Below, piece by piece: positions 1 through 14,560 of a stretch of 64,000 nucleotides of DNA (its first letter is position 1; each line of letters opens with the position of its first letter). Under the pieces are notes generated by a model. It ran no database searches. It had not been told where the DNA came from and was given only the letters and a program-made list of their open reading frames with translations. Position numbers and translations under genes: made by a program. Origin of the DNA: the human T2T-CHM13v2.0 reference genome, Homo sapiens; NCBI RefSeq assembly GCF_009914755.1, contig NC_060929.1; one strand, 5' to 3'.

Positions 1-814
1 AAATAAGGTGATATAACAATATGTGATTTTAATCTAGCAAGAAGCTGAATTTATGGAGTTTCTTTCCCTATTGTAAAAAGTCAAATAAGATTATCTGATG
101 GTGTTCTAAATATCGGCAGGAACACATGATTATACCATATAATGTAAGAAATTCAGATATTAGAAAGGTATTTTTTAGTACATAGGTTAAATATCAATGA
201 TATGGTTAGTAAATTAAGTTATAAAAGTGTTCTTTTGTGTATTACAAGTATTAAAATAAAACAAAATTTTTATTTTTTAGTGTTCCAACCTTTTCTATCC
301 CTTTTAGAAATGTGCTTTTAGGCATTTCTTTTTCTTCTTCAAATCTAAAAAAGTATTTTATGCTAACCTGGAGTACCTAAACTAAATGTAATCCTTGGTT
401 ATATTTTGAAAAGGCTATATTTTGTTCTGTACAGAACTAGCACTCTCAGGAACCACATACCCTAGATATGAGTTTATAATTTTGGGCATGCACTATTATT
501 AGCCAACTCAAATTCTATCCAAAATAAATATGTTCCTGTTAGTGTTGAGTATGCCTTTTCTATCCCTTACTCTAGATTTCAAATAGCTAGTTATAATTTT
601 AATATTCTGTGAGCTTCCTATAAATAATGTCTGTGATTTCTTTGTAAAGTATCTGTATATACCAATCATGTATATATACTCATAAAAGTAAACTAACAGG
701 AGGAAACATGATCCTATGGCAAACATTGAGAGTAATAAATGTTTTTCCTCTATTCTTATAAGAGAATAGCTGTTTTTATAAATGTATCCATATGAATTTG
801 ATGTTAATTATTTA

Positions 815-1020
815 ATCCCACAAACATTTATTCAATATTTACATACCAGGTTCTGAGGATCCAGAAATGAACAAAACAGATGAAGTTCCTATTCCCATAG
901 AGCTTACATTCTAGTGAGAGGAGATATATATTAAATAGATAAACAAATGATTATTATATATCTGTTATTGATAAATTATATGAATAAGAGGAAGGCAGGG
1001 CACAAGAATAGAAGGAGAAT
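815..1020 (-). mobile_element. L2 LINE 3' fragment
   Basis: caaacatttattcaatattt...atgaacaaaacaga...gagcttacattctagtg resembles the reverse complement of the L2a 3' end; edges approximate. Confidence 0.65.
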
Positions 1021-3587
1021 GTAGTGCAACCATGATTAATTTTATGATCCAACAAATATTAATATAATGGTCTTTCTCCAGTTGGGTTTGCTCTCATAAC
1101 AAGTCTCCAGCTCAGTAAGAGTGAATTTTGTTTTGCCTAGAATATAAAGTGGAAGGAAATAACAAGGGAATTTTAGCCAGGGAAAGTGATTGATGTTCTA
1201 TGGCCTAAAATAGTTCCTAATGATAAAACATTAAGACTCCAATTCAACTAACACATATTGGACATAATTATATGAAGGAATTTAATTTACGTGTACATTT
1301 CCCGTTATATAAATGGTCATTTTGGTGCCTGCTATTCTTTAAGTAATTGTGATTTATACTCCACAAAACATTATGTGATCAAACAAGTTAACATTCTTAT
1401 CCTTGAGTCTCTTTTATTGCTATATTGTTGAATACACCATTACAAGGCAATGAATTTATTAGAGTAGTATTGATCCATGTGCTCTGTTTAGTTTGGTGAT
1501 TACTAAAATCACTGTTAACATATGGGTGAGTCTTAGTTTCCAAAAAGGCCCAGTGAGGAATTTATTTCTAAATTTTAGTTACTTTATTATTAGTAGCTTT
1601 ATCTTTACATTCAAACCTTTAAAATGACCCATTGTTTCAAATTAAACATTATTCTCAAAATAGTATTGCACTTCTTGATTTCACAAAATTTGTTTCGTTT
1701 TTTGTTTTATTTTGTTTTGTTTTGTTTTACTAATATATGGATGAGGGTGATAAAAATATTCTGGGTATTAAATCGTATCAAATTGTCTTCAACATAATCC
1801 ACCAAAAGGAAAATGATTAATAAAGAGATTTATTAACTGTCACCAATTTTTTAACTCATACTCCTTAAGTAGCTTATGTAGTTAAATAAAAAGTATGATT
1901 GTCATGATTTGTAATTACTGCTTTCAAAGTACACCAATTTATTTTCATGAGCTAAGTTAGTAAGCCTATAACTTCTCAAGATTCTCTTTGAAACAATTCA
2001 GTTATGACTACTGGAAAAAGAAGCAAATGTATCAAGAACAGCTGCTTTTTAAGGGCTAGTTTTTCTAGGTAAATATCTAATTTAAAGGGAACACATTCCT
2101 AAAATATTTATTTCCTACCCAATAATTCTGCATTCAGGAGCTCCATATTCTATAAGCTTTGGTTGCCAAAAAAAAAACTCATTTGAAATTTTAGTAACTA
2201 TATTTAGTACAGGATTCCATGATTGCAAAGCAAGCATACCACACATACCATCTCATTAGTTCTCCATATAATCCTTAAAACTATTTTAAATGTATTTTTT
2301 GAAGAGCTTAATTTGCCCCTGAATCTTCAGCTACTTAAGAGGACATTTGAAAAGGTGTGAAAGAGAATTTTTTCATTCTGTAACTGCAATATTCCTGTTG
2401 CACGATATAGAAAATAAATTAATATAATTTTCAAATGATAGTTGTAAAAACATGAAATATGGGCTTAATTTAATTATTTAATTGATGTCTTAAACATCAG
2501 TTTTTATTATGGAAAAAAACATGTTTATAGACATGTTTTAATTGTTGTCTTTCTGTATTTTTACTGTTCCAGAGGACAACAGAAATACCCCACAACTTTG
2601 TTTAGAGGATGGCATGAACCAAGACTCACATAGCAGAAATTATGCATATCTAAAACACATTGAATGCAGAAATTTCTAGACTATTTATTTTTGTTTTCCA
2701 GAAACATTTACATTGAATAAAATGAGCCATAGATGGTGACAAATTTTGTGTCACTCTTAATAGATGTATCATCTACTGTTTGAGGCCAAGAAATGAGTAG
2801 TTTCCATAATTAGTAAGGGAAATTGAATAATTGGACTGTGGTTTGTGAGGAGGTTTTTTTCCTCTAAGAAGGAAAACCATGTAATCTGTAAGTCACAGTC
2901 AAGTGGGTTTACTTGATTCATTCTTTTTAAGCACACAATTATCTCATGCTCATTTAACATAAGCTACAAAATAAATGTTCAAGCATGGAAGTTTTTCTCT
3001 TTCACCAGGAAATCTGAGTTTTTTTTTTTTAAATTTGACTTCAGAGTTTTCTTATAAAATATACTCCGTATTTAATTTTAACATAAATTTGGAGAAAGGT
3101 TAAGTAAAATAAAATTGTCCCCCTAATAAATGAAAACATTTGAGAGTCTATAAATGCATTATAACATTGTGAAAAGATAAAAATAATTTGATTCATATTT
3201 TCCCCTGAAGCAAAGATTTTATTTTGAATGAACACCATACAAAAATATTACATTCACAATATTATGACCTTATCCATTTTATTCCCACAATTTGTTGTAT
3301 AATGGAATGTGTTCTGGCTGGGCAAAACTTTCAAGTGTTTACAACTTGAAGATGAACTAAGCAAGTATATCAATTGCTTTTCAATCATTCATTCATTCAT
3401 CATTTCAGCTGATATCAGCTGAATATTGTGTCTCAGATGCAAGGGATATAATCATTAAAAAGACAAAGTTCCTGCAAAAAAGGAACTTGTAGACTAATTC
3501 CAAGAAGGAAATGGGCAATTATCACACTTAATTTGAACTTGAAGAAATTTTTCTAGTCAAAATTTTTTCTTATGATTTTCAATAATT

Positions 3588-4010
3588 GGGGGGAAGAAGA
3601 GAGACTGGTCAATGGGTACAAACAGTGAGATAGAAGGTATAAATCTTAATATTATAGCAGAGTAGAATGACTATAGTTAGCAATAATGTATTGTGTATTT
3701 CAAAGTAGCTAGAAGAGGGAGCTTGAAATGTTCTCAACTTGTAATGATCAAGTCAGGTTATTTGGGATATCATTCTAACATAGAAATGATAAATACTGAA
3801 GGTCACGGATATCCCAAATAATCTGACTTGAAATATCCATAACTTAAGTATTTATATGAGTATTGAGTATTTGCCTAAGTATCTTGAGTATTTGTATGAG
3901 TATCCAAATAACCCAATTTGATCATTACATATTCATGCATGACAAAATATCACACGTACCCCATAAATATGTACAATATTATGTATCAATACAAAATTGA
4001 AAAAAATAAA
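3588..4010 (+). mobile_element. L1MA-type LINE 3' UTR fragment, internally rearranged
   Basis: ttggtcaatgggtacaaa-like start, aatgtattgtgtatttcaaagtagctagaagag, tgatcattaca, aaaatatcacacgtaccccataaatatgtacaa and an A-rich end are typical of L1MA 3' ends. Confidence 0.85.
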
Positions 4011-6784
4011 TATTTTAATTCATCTGGATGTTTTTATTAACTCAATAAATTGGTATTAGTTTCCTCTGTCTAGTGAATGACATCCCTCAAAAATACCCAA
4101 ATATCCATTGTATCTGTTACTTTTTCAAATTTCTGACCCAAGGCTGGTTATGAAAAATGTTGAGTAGATCAATTTCTTCTTCAGATTCTAAGTGACTCAT
4201 CAACTTTTAAGATATTGTTGTAATCATCCATGAGCTTAAAGGAAGGGGAATTCAAAAGGACCTGTGGAGCCCTTTAGAAATCAGAAACTAGGAAAAATAT
4301 ATATAAGGATATCCTATAACACCAACTTTGGTGGATTATCATTGGTGTTAAATTTTTAGAGAATTTACAGAGTTCTGAGTACCATGAGGCACATAAAATG
4401 CATAAAACACTTTTTATATAGGAATCATTTAATGAATTGTATTTCCATGTATATGATATAGTACTTGACCTCTGGAAGTTTATTTTCTTTGAGTCACATA
4501 TGTAGCTATATATGTTTGTGTTTATGTATATGTGTACATACCCAAGTATATAAAAAATAGAGAAGTAAAAGTTCTAGGGTCTCCAGATTTTAACATTTCC
4601 AATAGTTTTGCCCGGCTTCTACAATAAAGTTGTAGCCCTTTCTCGATGCACTATTACCAAGAGTTGGCAGCAATAATATGTCTGATAGTATTATAAGTTC
4701 ATTCCCAGAAATACTATCTCAGAGAAGCACTAGCCTTGGACACATTGTTTGAGCATGGTAGATTATAAGATTATAAGAATAAAAGTGGGGCAAGGCAAAT
4801 TGGGTGTTAAGTATGATTTCACTTCTAGAAATATCCTAGTAGTTTTATGTTACAGCTATATAATTCTTAAATTTAGAATTTTTTTCACAATTTTTGATTT
4901 TTTAATGCATATTTTTGTTAATTTCACTGAAAAGTTTTTGTATAACATTGCGACTTCCTATATTATTTTATCATTACACATGATATTATTATTTCCAATA
5001 TTTTAAGAATGCACTCACACTTTGGGGAAAACACCACCTAAATTTGCTTTGCATCTGCATTGCTATATAATTTGTATTTTTGAGTAGAGTTTTACTTTAG
5101 CAATACTATAAGCAAAGAAAAGAGTACTTTTTAGCAATCCCTATATTTTTCATGGCTACAATCACTGCTTTCATAGCTATCTTTCTACTGTGTCGGTTAA
5201 TATTAACCCCTCTATACACCTCCCTACAATAGCATAATGCAGATATTAATTTTCTCAGGATGAACATTGAAGTTTGAAATCATTGATTGTAGTCACTATC
5301 TAGTCTTTAAATGAGAACATTAATAATGCAGACCAAAAGTGAGAAATAAGTTAAGTTTCCCTTTGATGTCACCAGTTTCTGCATTTTAAAAAATTATTTT
5401 CTTATCTTGGTGACACACCTTCCATCTCCAGATGCTTAGTAACTTAATGGTCTCATTACTGACCTTCTTACATTTATTCTTATAATGTTCAGGGAAACGA
5501 TCTATGGCATAGGTAACATCTATGTTAACTCTCTGCCAGGTATTTGCATTTTATTACATTATCATGTTTTAAGCCAATAGACTATGTTACTAAAGATGGT
5601 ATATATTTAGGTACTAACCTAAAATCTTTCAGAAATCAATAATTTGTGGGCAGTTATGTGTATAGGGAGAAACGGTTTTCTTCAGTGGTTCAGCAAGCAT
5701 TTATTTGGTATTCACTATGTGCAAAGTATTAAAATGGCTAGAAACATGGTATATTCCACATCACATGCAGTAACAGTACTTTGGCAACAGGGTCTCCATT
5801 ATACATTCCAAATTACCTTGATTGTTCTACTCATAGAAAAGAGTTGATTTAGCTATGCATACAAATTTTAACAATCTCATAATACTACACATCACAACTT
5901 GAATTTTTGAAAAGACATTGCAATTTTTCCCGCTTCAGGCCTACATGCAAGACTTACCTGATTTAATAGGAATGCTTGGCTTGTGTTCATTGTGAAGATA
6001 TTTTAGCCATATTACTTGATCTTTTGCTTATGGCATATTACTAAATAGCAGATTTGCCTGCTGCCATTTTCTCTGTTTTTGCTCCTAACTAAATAACTGA
6101 ACATTTAAAGGGGTGGTATTATAAACGGAAACTCAACACCTATGTATTTATATTTTGTTTGGAAAGGAAAAATAATGAAAATGACTAACAAGGACATAAG
6201 TTTATTACTTTCTGTCTTACTCTGCAGACTGAGGATGATTTTATGAAAAGGGAAACATGAATGTTTCCCAAGAAGATACATGTCTACTAAATCATAGTTG
6301 TGCCTACTAAATCTGGCTACCATCAGAAATGATACCCCTAAAAAACTATAGGAAAATTAGGGAAACTATTTTTCTCTGGACTGCGGGAAACCTGGTTCTT
6401 CAGCAAGTTGTAACTCTTTACTCTTCTGAGTTGGTTTATTCACTTTGAAATCATCTCTTGCTAATATTTACTCTTCAAGGGGATACTGTGATAGATTGCA
6501 GAGAGGGCTGCCTTTTTTTTTTCTGCTCCCATTACCTTCTACAGAAAGAGATGTGTTTCCTCTGCTTCCAACTGAAGTAATTGTCCCATTTATCACATAT
6601 TTCACTGTGGGGTAACAAATTATCTTACTGATAACTCACCTTACTAGCTACTTGGCTATATAAATATGCCCACTTTATAACAGTATTTTCTGAAAATTTT
6701 GATGGCATCCTGAGAGATTATTACAAGTATTGTAAGTACTTTCAGTAACTGTATTCTAGATGTCTGTTTCACAAACAGATTCTA

Positions 6785-7805
<1,021 letters not shown>

Positions 7806-8889
7806 TTGTCATTCTTCACTAAGTGATAACTTCTGCTAAATGGATAGACAAAGGATTGGGTTACAAAGAAGAACAGTCCCCAAAGTTATATTTAAATGAC
7901 ATGCTCAGAACGTGGTGTAGAAAAGCTGCCATGAATTATGTATGGGGCCTTTGCTTTCAGACCTTCACACAAATATGGGAAAAATGGTTTAATCAGACAT
8001 TGTAGCATTAACCATGGTCTGTTCATAAAATTGCATTATGAAAGAATCTATATGTTATTTTTTATGAATTGTGATTTCCTAATCATAATTTTGCATCCAC
8101 ATCCCTGATGCCAACATGATGCCATAAAACACAACTCAGCCCTCTCCTGTGTTAAAAGGTAAAAATTTTTCTTTGCTTTCCTTCACAAATACAAAAATGT
8201 TTTCCCAAGTAAGTTCTAAACCCAGTCTTCAGTCACTTCAAAGAACTGTTTGTACTTTAGGAAGAGATGTCTTGTTTTAATAAGAAAATGTAATTTATTG
8301 CTCATTCAACATATTAAGAATTCTAACTTGCCTCTCCTGAAAAAGTGTGGGAGTTCACATGCCTGGTAGCCCCTCCCCAGTTACTGGTAAGGCTATTTCC
8401 AATTTGTTTAAATGAACCATAGACAGGATTGCCATTATATGTATGAGGAGGAAATGGAAATTTACATTATATGAATTGAAAACAAGACAAAAAAAAAAAG
8501 TGTGTGCTCAACCAAAATGAAAAAAATAAAGACTCCATCTAATTTAATTATTCTTACTGAAAATTTCCTTAATAGAGAACAACTCTTTAAACTGTGCAAT
8601 ATCAGATAATGCAATTGCATTTTATGGAACAAATTGAAATGGATGATATTAGACTTCTACTGAGAGCAAGCTTTAATTTTAATAAAAGCAGTGTCAGGGA
8701 GAGTCTGAAGGCAACGGATGCCCTAAAGTAACATATAAGGGGAAAAGATGGGGTGGAGGGTAAGGTGATGCCACAGAAAGAGAGTGTTCTCTTGGATGAA
8801 TGTCCTTATTAGACTCATTAGTAAGGCATGCTAGGACCAGAGTGATTAGATTGAACTCAAATAATTCTAGACACCTCAGATTTACTACC

Positions 8890-9190
8890 ATGATTCATTT
8901 ATTCAACATCATTTATTGAGCTTCTACTATCTCTCTTTGTATTCAAGATAAAGCAGTGAACAAAATCAACATAACTCTCTGTTCTCAAAGAACGTACAAC
9001 CTGGACAATAAATATATCAGCTAAAAATATATTATGTCAGAATTAAAAGAGCTTCAGAGATAAAGAAAGCAAGGAAAGAAAGCTAGGAGAATGTTGGCGG
9101 GTTTCTAATTTTAAATTGGGCATTGGTGGAAGGTATAGAAAGATGAAGGAGTGAGCCACACAGCTTTGCTGGGGAAGGGCTTGTTGAAAT
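8890..9190 (-). mobile_element. L2 LINE 3' fragment
   Basis: attcatttattcaacatcatttattgagcttctactat...agcagtgaacaaaa...gaaggagtgagccac. Confidence 0.7.
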
Positions 9191-11339
9191 ATCTGAAAAG
9201 CATGACGCTGAATCCAATTTCACTCCAGCTACATACGTTGGCCCCCATTCATATTATGTATAGTTCAGTTGAATGCTGGGATTTATAACTCTGTTCGTAT
9301 AAATTCATGTGTCTATATGTAATACATATATGCATGTATATATATATGTGTATATAATTATAAAGAAATATATATTCATATTTATTTTGTAAATTTTGTC
9401 ACAAAAATTTTTTTCATGACAAAAATTTCAATTTATCTAATAGACAGGAATGAGGCATAATGCATTATACCAGAAAAAAAATCTCCTTTTCTTTCTACAG
9501 TATTATTCAAAATAAAAGTTATAAAGCTTATTAGAATGTTTTTTAGTGAGGGGTGTAATTTAGAGACAAAAAGAGAACACCAATTGTTTTATCTCATTAA
9601 ATCATTTTAAAAATAAACTCTCTAATTTACGAAGACCTACCAAATTTTATAATTGAGAACTATCTTGGTCTTTTAAACTTATCTTTATTTTAATTCTTCA
9701 GATGAAATGTATGACAATTCTGCAATATCTTCCTAGTTAAACAAAAAGCATGATATATATTTGTGAAATTCAAAGGACATTGTCAACCCCAATGGAGTTA
9801 GATTGGCCCACATTTGCAACGTCGTTTGTCTTCATAAAGACAGTCTGTCTGTTACACCTCATCTTGCACTCTGCAGAAATGCTACATGTAATATTAAGAG
9901 ATTTTTATAGAAAAAAAACATGCAGCTTAAGAAAAAATCCTTTCAGTAACAAATCAATGTATTCCAATACATCTACTCAGTAGCTGTAGCTTAACTACGG
10001 TTTGGGAGGTTTCATGAAAGAGAGAGAAGGAAATGAAGGCAAGAGGAGTGGGAAGGAAAATTAAAAAAAAAAAATGATACTGCCTAGCTACAAGCTGCAG
10101 AGGGAAATTAATATTCAAAAGGTTAAGGTGTCTGTGAAATGTGTGTAATGAGTAACACTCATAGTTTGTTACTATAGGTTCATTGCCTCTAATGTTGAGG
10201 ACGGCACATGGATAATTTACGATTCCCATTGTCCCCTCTGCAGGGATTAATTCTGAATTATTTATGTACCTATATACGCACAGAACTGAAACATTTTAGT
10301 TAAAGTCAGCCACTCACTCATAGTCTTGAAATTATGCAGCCCTTGTTGCTAAAAATGATGTTAGCCTCTTGTGATTTAAGTCATAACATTTTATTTTCGG
10401 TCCCACTGAGAGAGAAGGCATGCAGGAGGGGGGAAAGATATATTTTTCTAGGATAAATCTCAGAATGCATTTTTTAAAGATGTAAACAGATAATGGTAAT
10501 TTCGTTGAGTCAAATTATTGTTGTAGAGAGTATGTAAATAAACCTTTATTTAATTCGTGATTTGTGATTTTGTATTGGTTCACTCTAAGACTTGTTTTTA
10601 CGTGGGTATCTTTAAATATAAAGCCTCTGCATTTCAATAAAGGGAACTCCACCTACGTACTGATTAATCAAAGAATAAAATTTTATTTTTGGAAAAGTGT
10701 TCTAATCCATTCAGATTTCATACCCAACCATTTCATTTAGTCAACTGAATTCAGAAAAAGTACTGTTTCCACTTAAACTCCGGTGATTACTCACTGCTAT
10801 TAAAGACTCCTTTGATTATATCAGAATTAATTTTTTAAAATGCAGGTATTACCCCCCTTTCTCAAAAATAACAGATTGTATTCTGGACTGACAATGTGTT
10901 TCATAGGGGCTAACCTTATCAGCATAAGAATATCTTACAATTTTTAATGCATTGAATTTTAAACATTTCATTCAATATGCTTTTTTTGCAATTTTGGTAT
11001 AAATTATAGGTCCCCATATATTTAATCAAATTTCTTTAAGTGAAAAAATCAAAATGTCCCATATGCAATTATTTTAAGAGAAAAATCTGAATGGAAAAAA
11101 AAAAGTCTCCAAACAACTGACCCCAGCCCTTTGGAATTTAGACTGTCTAGTCTCTTCTGATCTTAGAATTTATGTCTCCCTAATAATTAAGGTGCATCTC
11201 AAGTAGACACGCTGTCACATACGGTATTGAGTATGAAAATAGATACGGAATTAGAAGTATTCAAAGAGCAAAAGAAAATATATATATATATGCACACATA
11301 TAAGACATCAATTTCTCTTTTAGCCTCCACCCCATACAA

Positions 11340-11860
11340 TTCAACAATTGCTAATAAATTAGGAGGAGGGGCATATTGATGTACTGCTTGACTATAACAC
11401 AAAGAAGTGTAGTTAGCAAAAAGCTGCAGTGGGTAATGAACAGTATTTTAACTCGGCAGTTTAACCTCCGTGTCTGTCAGCTGTGACCTTTTACCAACCC
11501 CAATGAGAGTCTGATTTCTCACTTTTGCTACTCACTGCTGGATGAGTGAATGTAGAATTTGACAGCGAGAGGTTTTACATGAAAAGGAAAGGTACTTAAA
11601 AAGCATGTTTTGTGATGATAGGCTACATTTATTCACTGTTCATTACGCTTGGTGCAGCAGCCGCGTTGGTGGATTGATTGGGTGTGAGCAGCTTGTCTGC
11701 TATGGAAGTGAAGAGGCGTTATTGACCTGCATGGGAGCTGAAGTGACCTCTAGATGACCCCCCTTTCACCTGAAATTGACCTTGAAAACAACGTAGGGTT
11801 CACTCCCATTTAAAAAGGAGGGAAATTCTTCTAACAGCATGTGAATTATTAGAATTGATA
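11340..11860. promoter_or_regulatory. Candidate enhancer with clustered nuclear-receptor (DR5/RARE), MEIS/PBX and E-box motifs
   Basis: Unique sequence with several retained CpGs; TGACCT/TGACCC/TCACCT half-sites at 11484, 11723, 11744, 11755, 11766, 11777; ctgtca/tgacag, gattgattgg, cagctg. Confidence 0.6.
11744..11760 (-). promoter_or_regulatory. Consensus DR5 retinoic-acid response element (GGGTCA-tctag-AGGTCA)
   Basis: Plus strand TGACCTctagaTGACCC equals RGKTCA-n5-RGKTCA on the minus strand; function untested. Confidence 0.6.
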
Positions 11861-14543
11861 TATTGAGCATTTCCTTTCCTTCCCCCGCCTTTTTTTTTTT
11901 TTTTTTAACTTTTACAAAGGTAAATGCTTGTAGGGGGTAAGGCAAGTGTTGGCTTTTAAATTTCTGGACTCTGCAGCTGCTCTGTTTGGTGTTTGTACAG
12001 ATTTATGGAGAGGGCCAACCAGACTTTGGACTGCTTGATGTAAAATTTTACCATTCATCATTATTGATTAGAGTCCACACTCTATGACAGAGCCCAAACC
12101 TTACTATGACAATTGCTATTTCAGTTGTTATGAGCCATAATGGGCCATAGGGATGATTTAAAGGAGCACAATAGCTATCTGTAATTACACATGAATAATC
12201 CATGAATTCTACACCACAATGCTTATGATCAGACCCTAACAACCAAGGCTTGAGACATTAATTCTTGTTCTCTTTTTGGCACCTGTGCCAAAAGTCACCA
12301 ATTTATGAAAATATAAGCACAACAAGCTTACCCTCTCGCATGTTCAAAGTTAAGTTTTAATTCTTGGTTAAAAATAGATAACACCCTTGGAAAGTGATAA
12401 AATATTGCATTTTCACAGATGGTTTTATCAGTAATTTAACTTGCTTCTTATTAGAAAAGAATGCCAATTATTATTTCATCAATTAGTATCAAGAAAATGT
12501 ATTAGAAACTAGGTATAATGGTGGACAGAATCAGATTTTACTTTAGTCTTTATTCTCATATTTGGCCAAATAAATAATTTGAGGAAAAAAATCAAGATCA
12601 TAGATTAGGTCCTATGATACAATGGAAATTTGATAGCTCTCATAGAAGCTTTACACTAACCTAGAAATATGTATGACATGCCTCAACAGTAAATTATTCT
12701 CTAATTTTATGTTAAATGAGGAGATGGAGAAACTATTTGCCCACTGAGCTTATGCATATGTGCAGCCCCTGAGGCTCAGGGTGCTGGCACAAACATATAA
12801 CACAAACTAATAAAAGATCACATTTATTAGTGGCTTCTCAAGATAGTCCCATATCCAGAACATATCTCGGAGAGCAGACCACCCTGTGGATATAATAATT
12901 TTAAGGGTATTTTTAGGAATGGCCAATTTTTCCGTTGGTACTTTCAGAAGACTCCAACACTTACAGATCCCAAACTGGGAAATCTATGCTAAGTTTTTGT
13001 AAGCTTGCTTTTTCTAGTTCTTAGAATTTTTGTAACCAACTGCTTGATTTACTCTACTTGGAGATTTTAATTTCCTGACAATTTATAAAGCAACTTTTGG
13101 CAGTGGTTTTGGTCTATCTAGCACATATTCCAGAAAAGTGTCCCTTCTGCCTGGTTTATGACAATATTTCAGTAGTTCAACCTATTTGGAGCATAATAGT
13201 GTTGTTTAACTCAGATGCATTTTTCATACGGTTCAAATATTTACATGCACGGTTACAGGCTTATTAGCAATCTGGTGAAGTATTTGTAAATCTGGATCAA
13301 AATTTTGACAGGATATTTATTGCGTTAACTTGACCTATTTTCTATCTAAAGCTCTATTCCATAATTCTTGTTTCATTTGATGTTAATCCTATGCATAAAA
13401 GACAGTAACGAGGATATTTGAACACAAAAATATTCTAGCATCCACACAGGAGGATTCTACTAATCTGATTTTGTTCCTACCTCCCCCAGTGTGTGAGGTG
13501 CTTACACCTATGACTGTTCAAAACTCCATGAAGCCCCAACTTAACCAATGCAAGTTATCTATTACATTTTATTTTCCTCCTCTCTCATTATGGTGATGAA
13601 CCCCTGCAAGGATCCTCAGCAGGTTAGGGGACTTGCAAATTGCAATTATTCTAATTTAGGATCATACCATGCTTTTTTTTTAATCCTTGGGAACATTTTT
13701 TTCTCCATTCAAATGCTTCTAATATTGAACTATGTTTTGAATATTCTGCTAAATGGGCTTCATGGCAAGACTGAATATAAATTTTAAAAAGTAACTGATG
13801 TAGAATTAAATAAAGGATGACACAAGCTTTTTACCTGTCATGTAAACAATTTTTTCCAAATATTATTTATTCTTAACCATTCACATTTATCTGTACATCA
13901 AACAAACACAAAGCAGGAATGTGTTTTCTTCAACAGCAAATTCTTTACAGAATGTCACAAAAATAAAGACTTGTAATTGGTATGACATTAGAAATCCATG
14001 TACTTATCTAGTCAGCCTCCATCTCATCTTTGTTCCTACCTCTCTATAAAGGATAAGGCAGTTTTGCCCAAAGGAAGAAATAAAAGGGAATCCTCGTTAA
14101 AAGGTACATTAACGAAAAAAGAACAGCTTTATTGGGGTATGTGCAGAAAGGGATGTTTGAGTAGTAAATGATAATTTACTTTTGAGGTATATTAAAAAAG
14201 GTTTAATCTTACTGATCATGAGTTAAATTGGATGTTTTAATCAGTTAGCGAGTGCCAAAAATAATTATGCCAGAGTGCTTAGTCTGCAGAACGTGTACAC
14301 AAAGCATATAAATCCTTTGCTTCCCCAGGGATTTCTCAGAATAACACACAACAAAAAGACAAAAGCGATATCAAACTCATATAAATTAACATTGCAAATG
14401 ATCTGAAAAATACAATAAATAACATGATCCCATCACTTTGAATATGTAGCACAAGGAAGGGTGTCCAACACAAATATAGGCATTAATCTCTTGTATCCTT
14501 CCTAAACTTTTTTCAGTAAACTTTTCTTCCATTTACTTTCTGT

Positions 14544-14560
14544 AGTTCAACTCAAGGTCA
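14544..14560 (+). promoter_or_regulatory. Consensus DR5 RARE (AGTTCA-actca-AGGTCA) overlapping a TCAAGGTCA ERR/NR5A site
   Basis: Direct reading: tgtAGTTCAactcaAGGTCAttcc; function untested. Confidence 0.55.
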
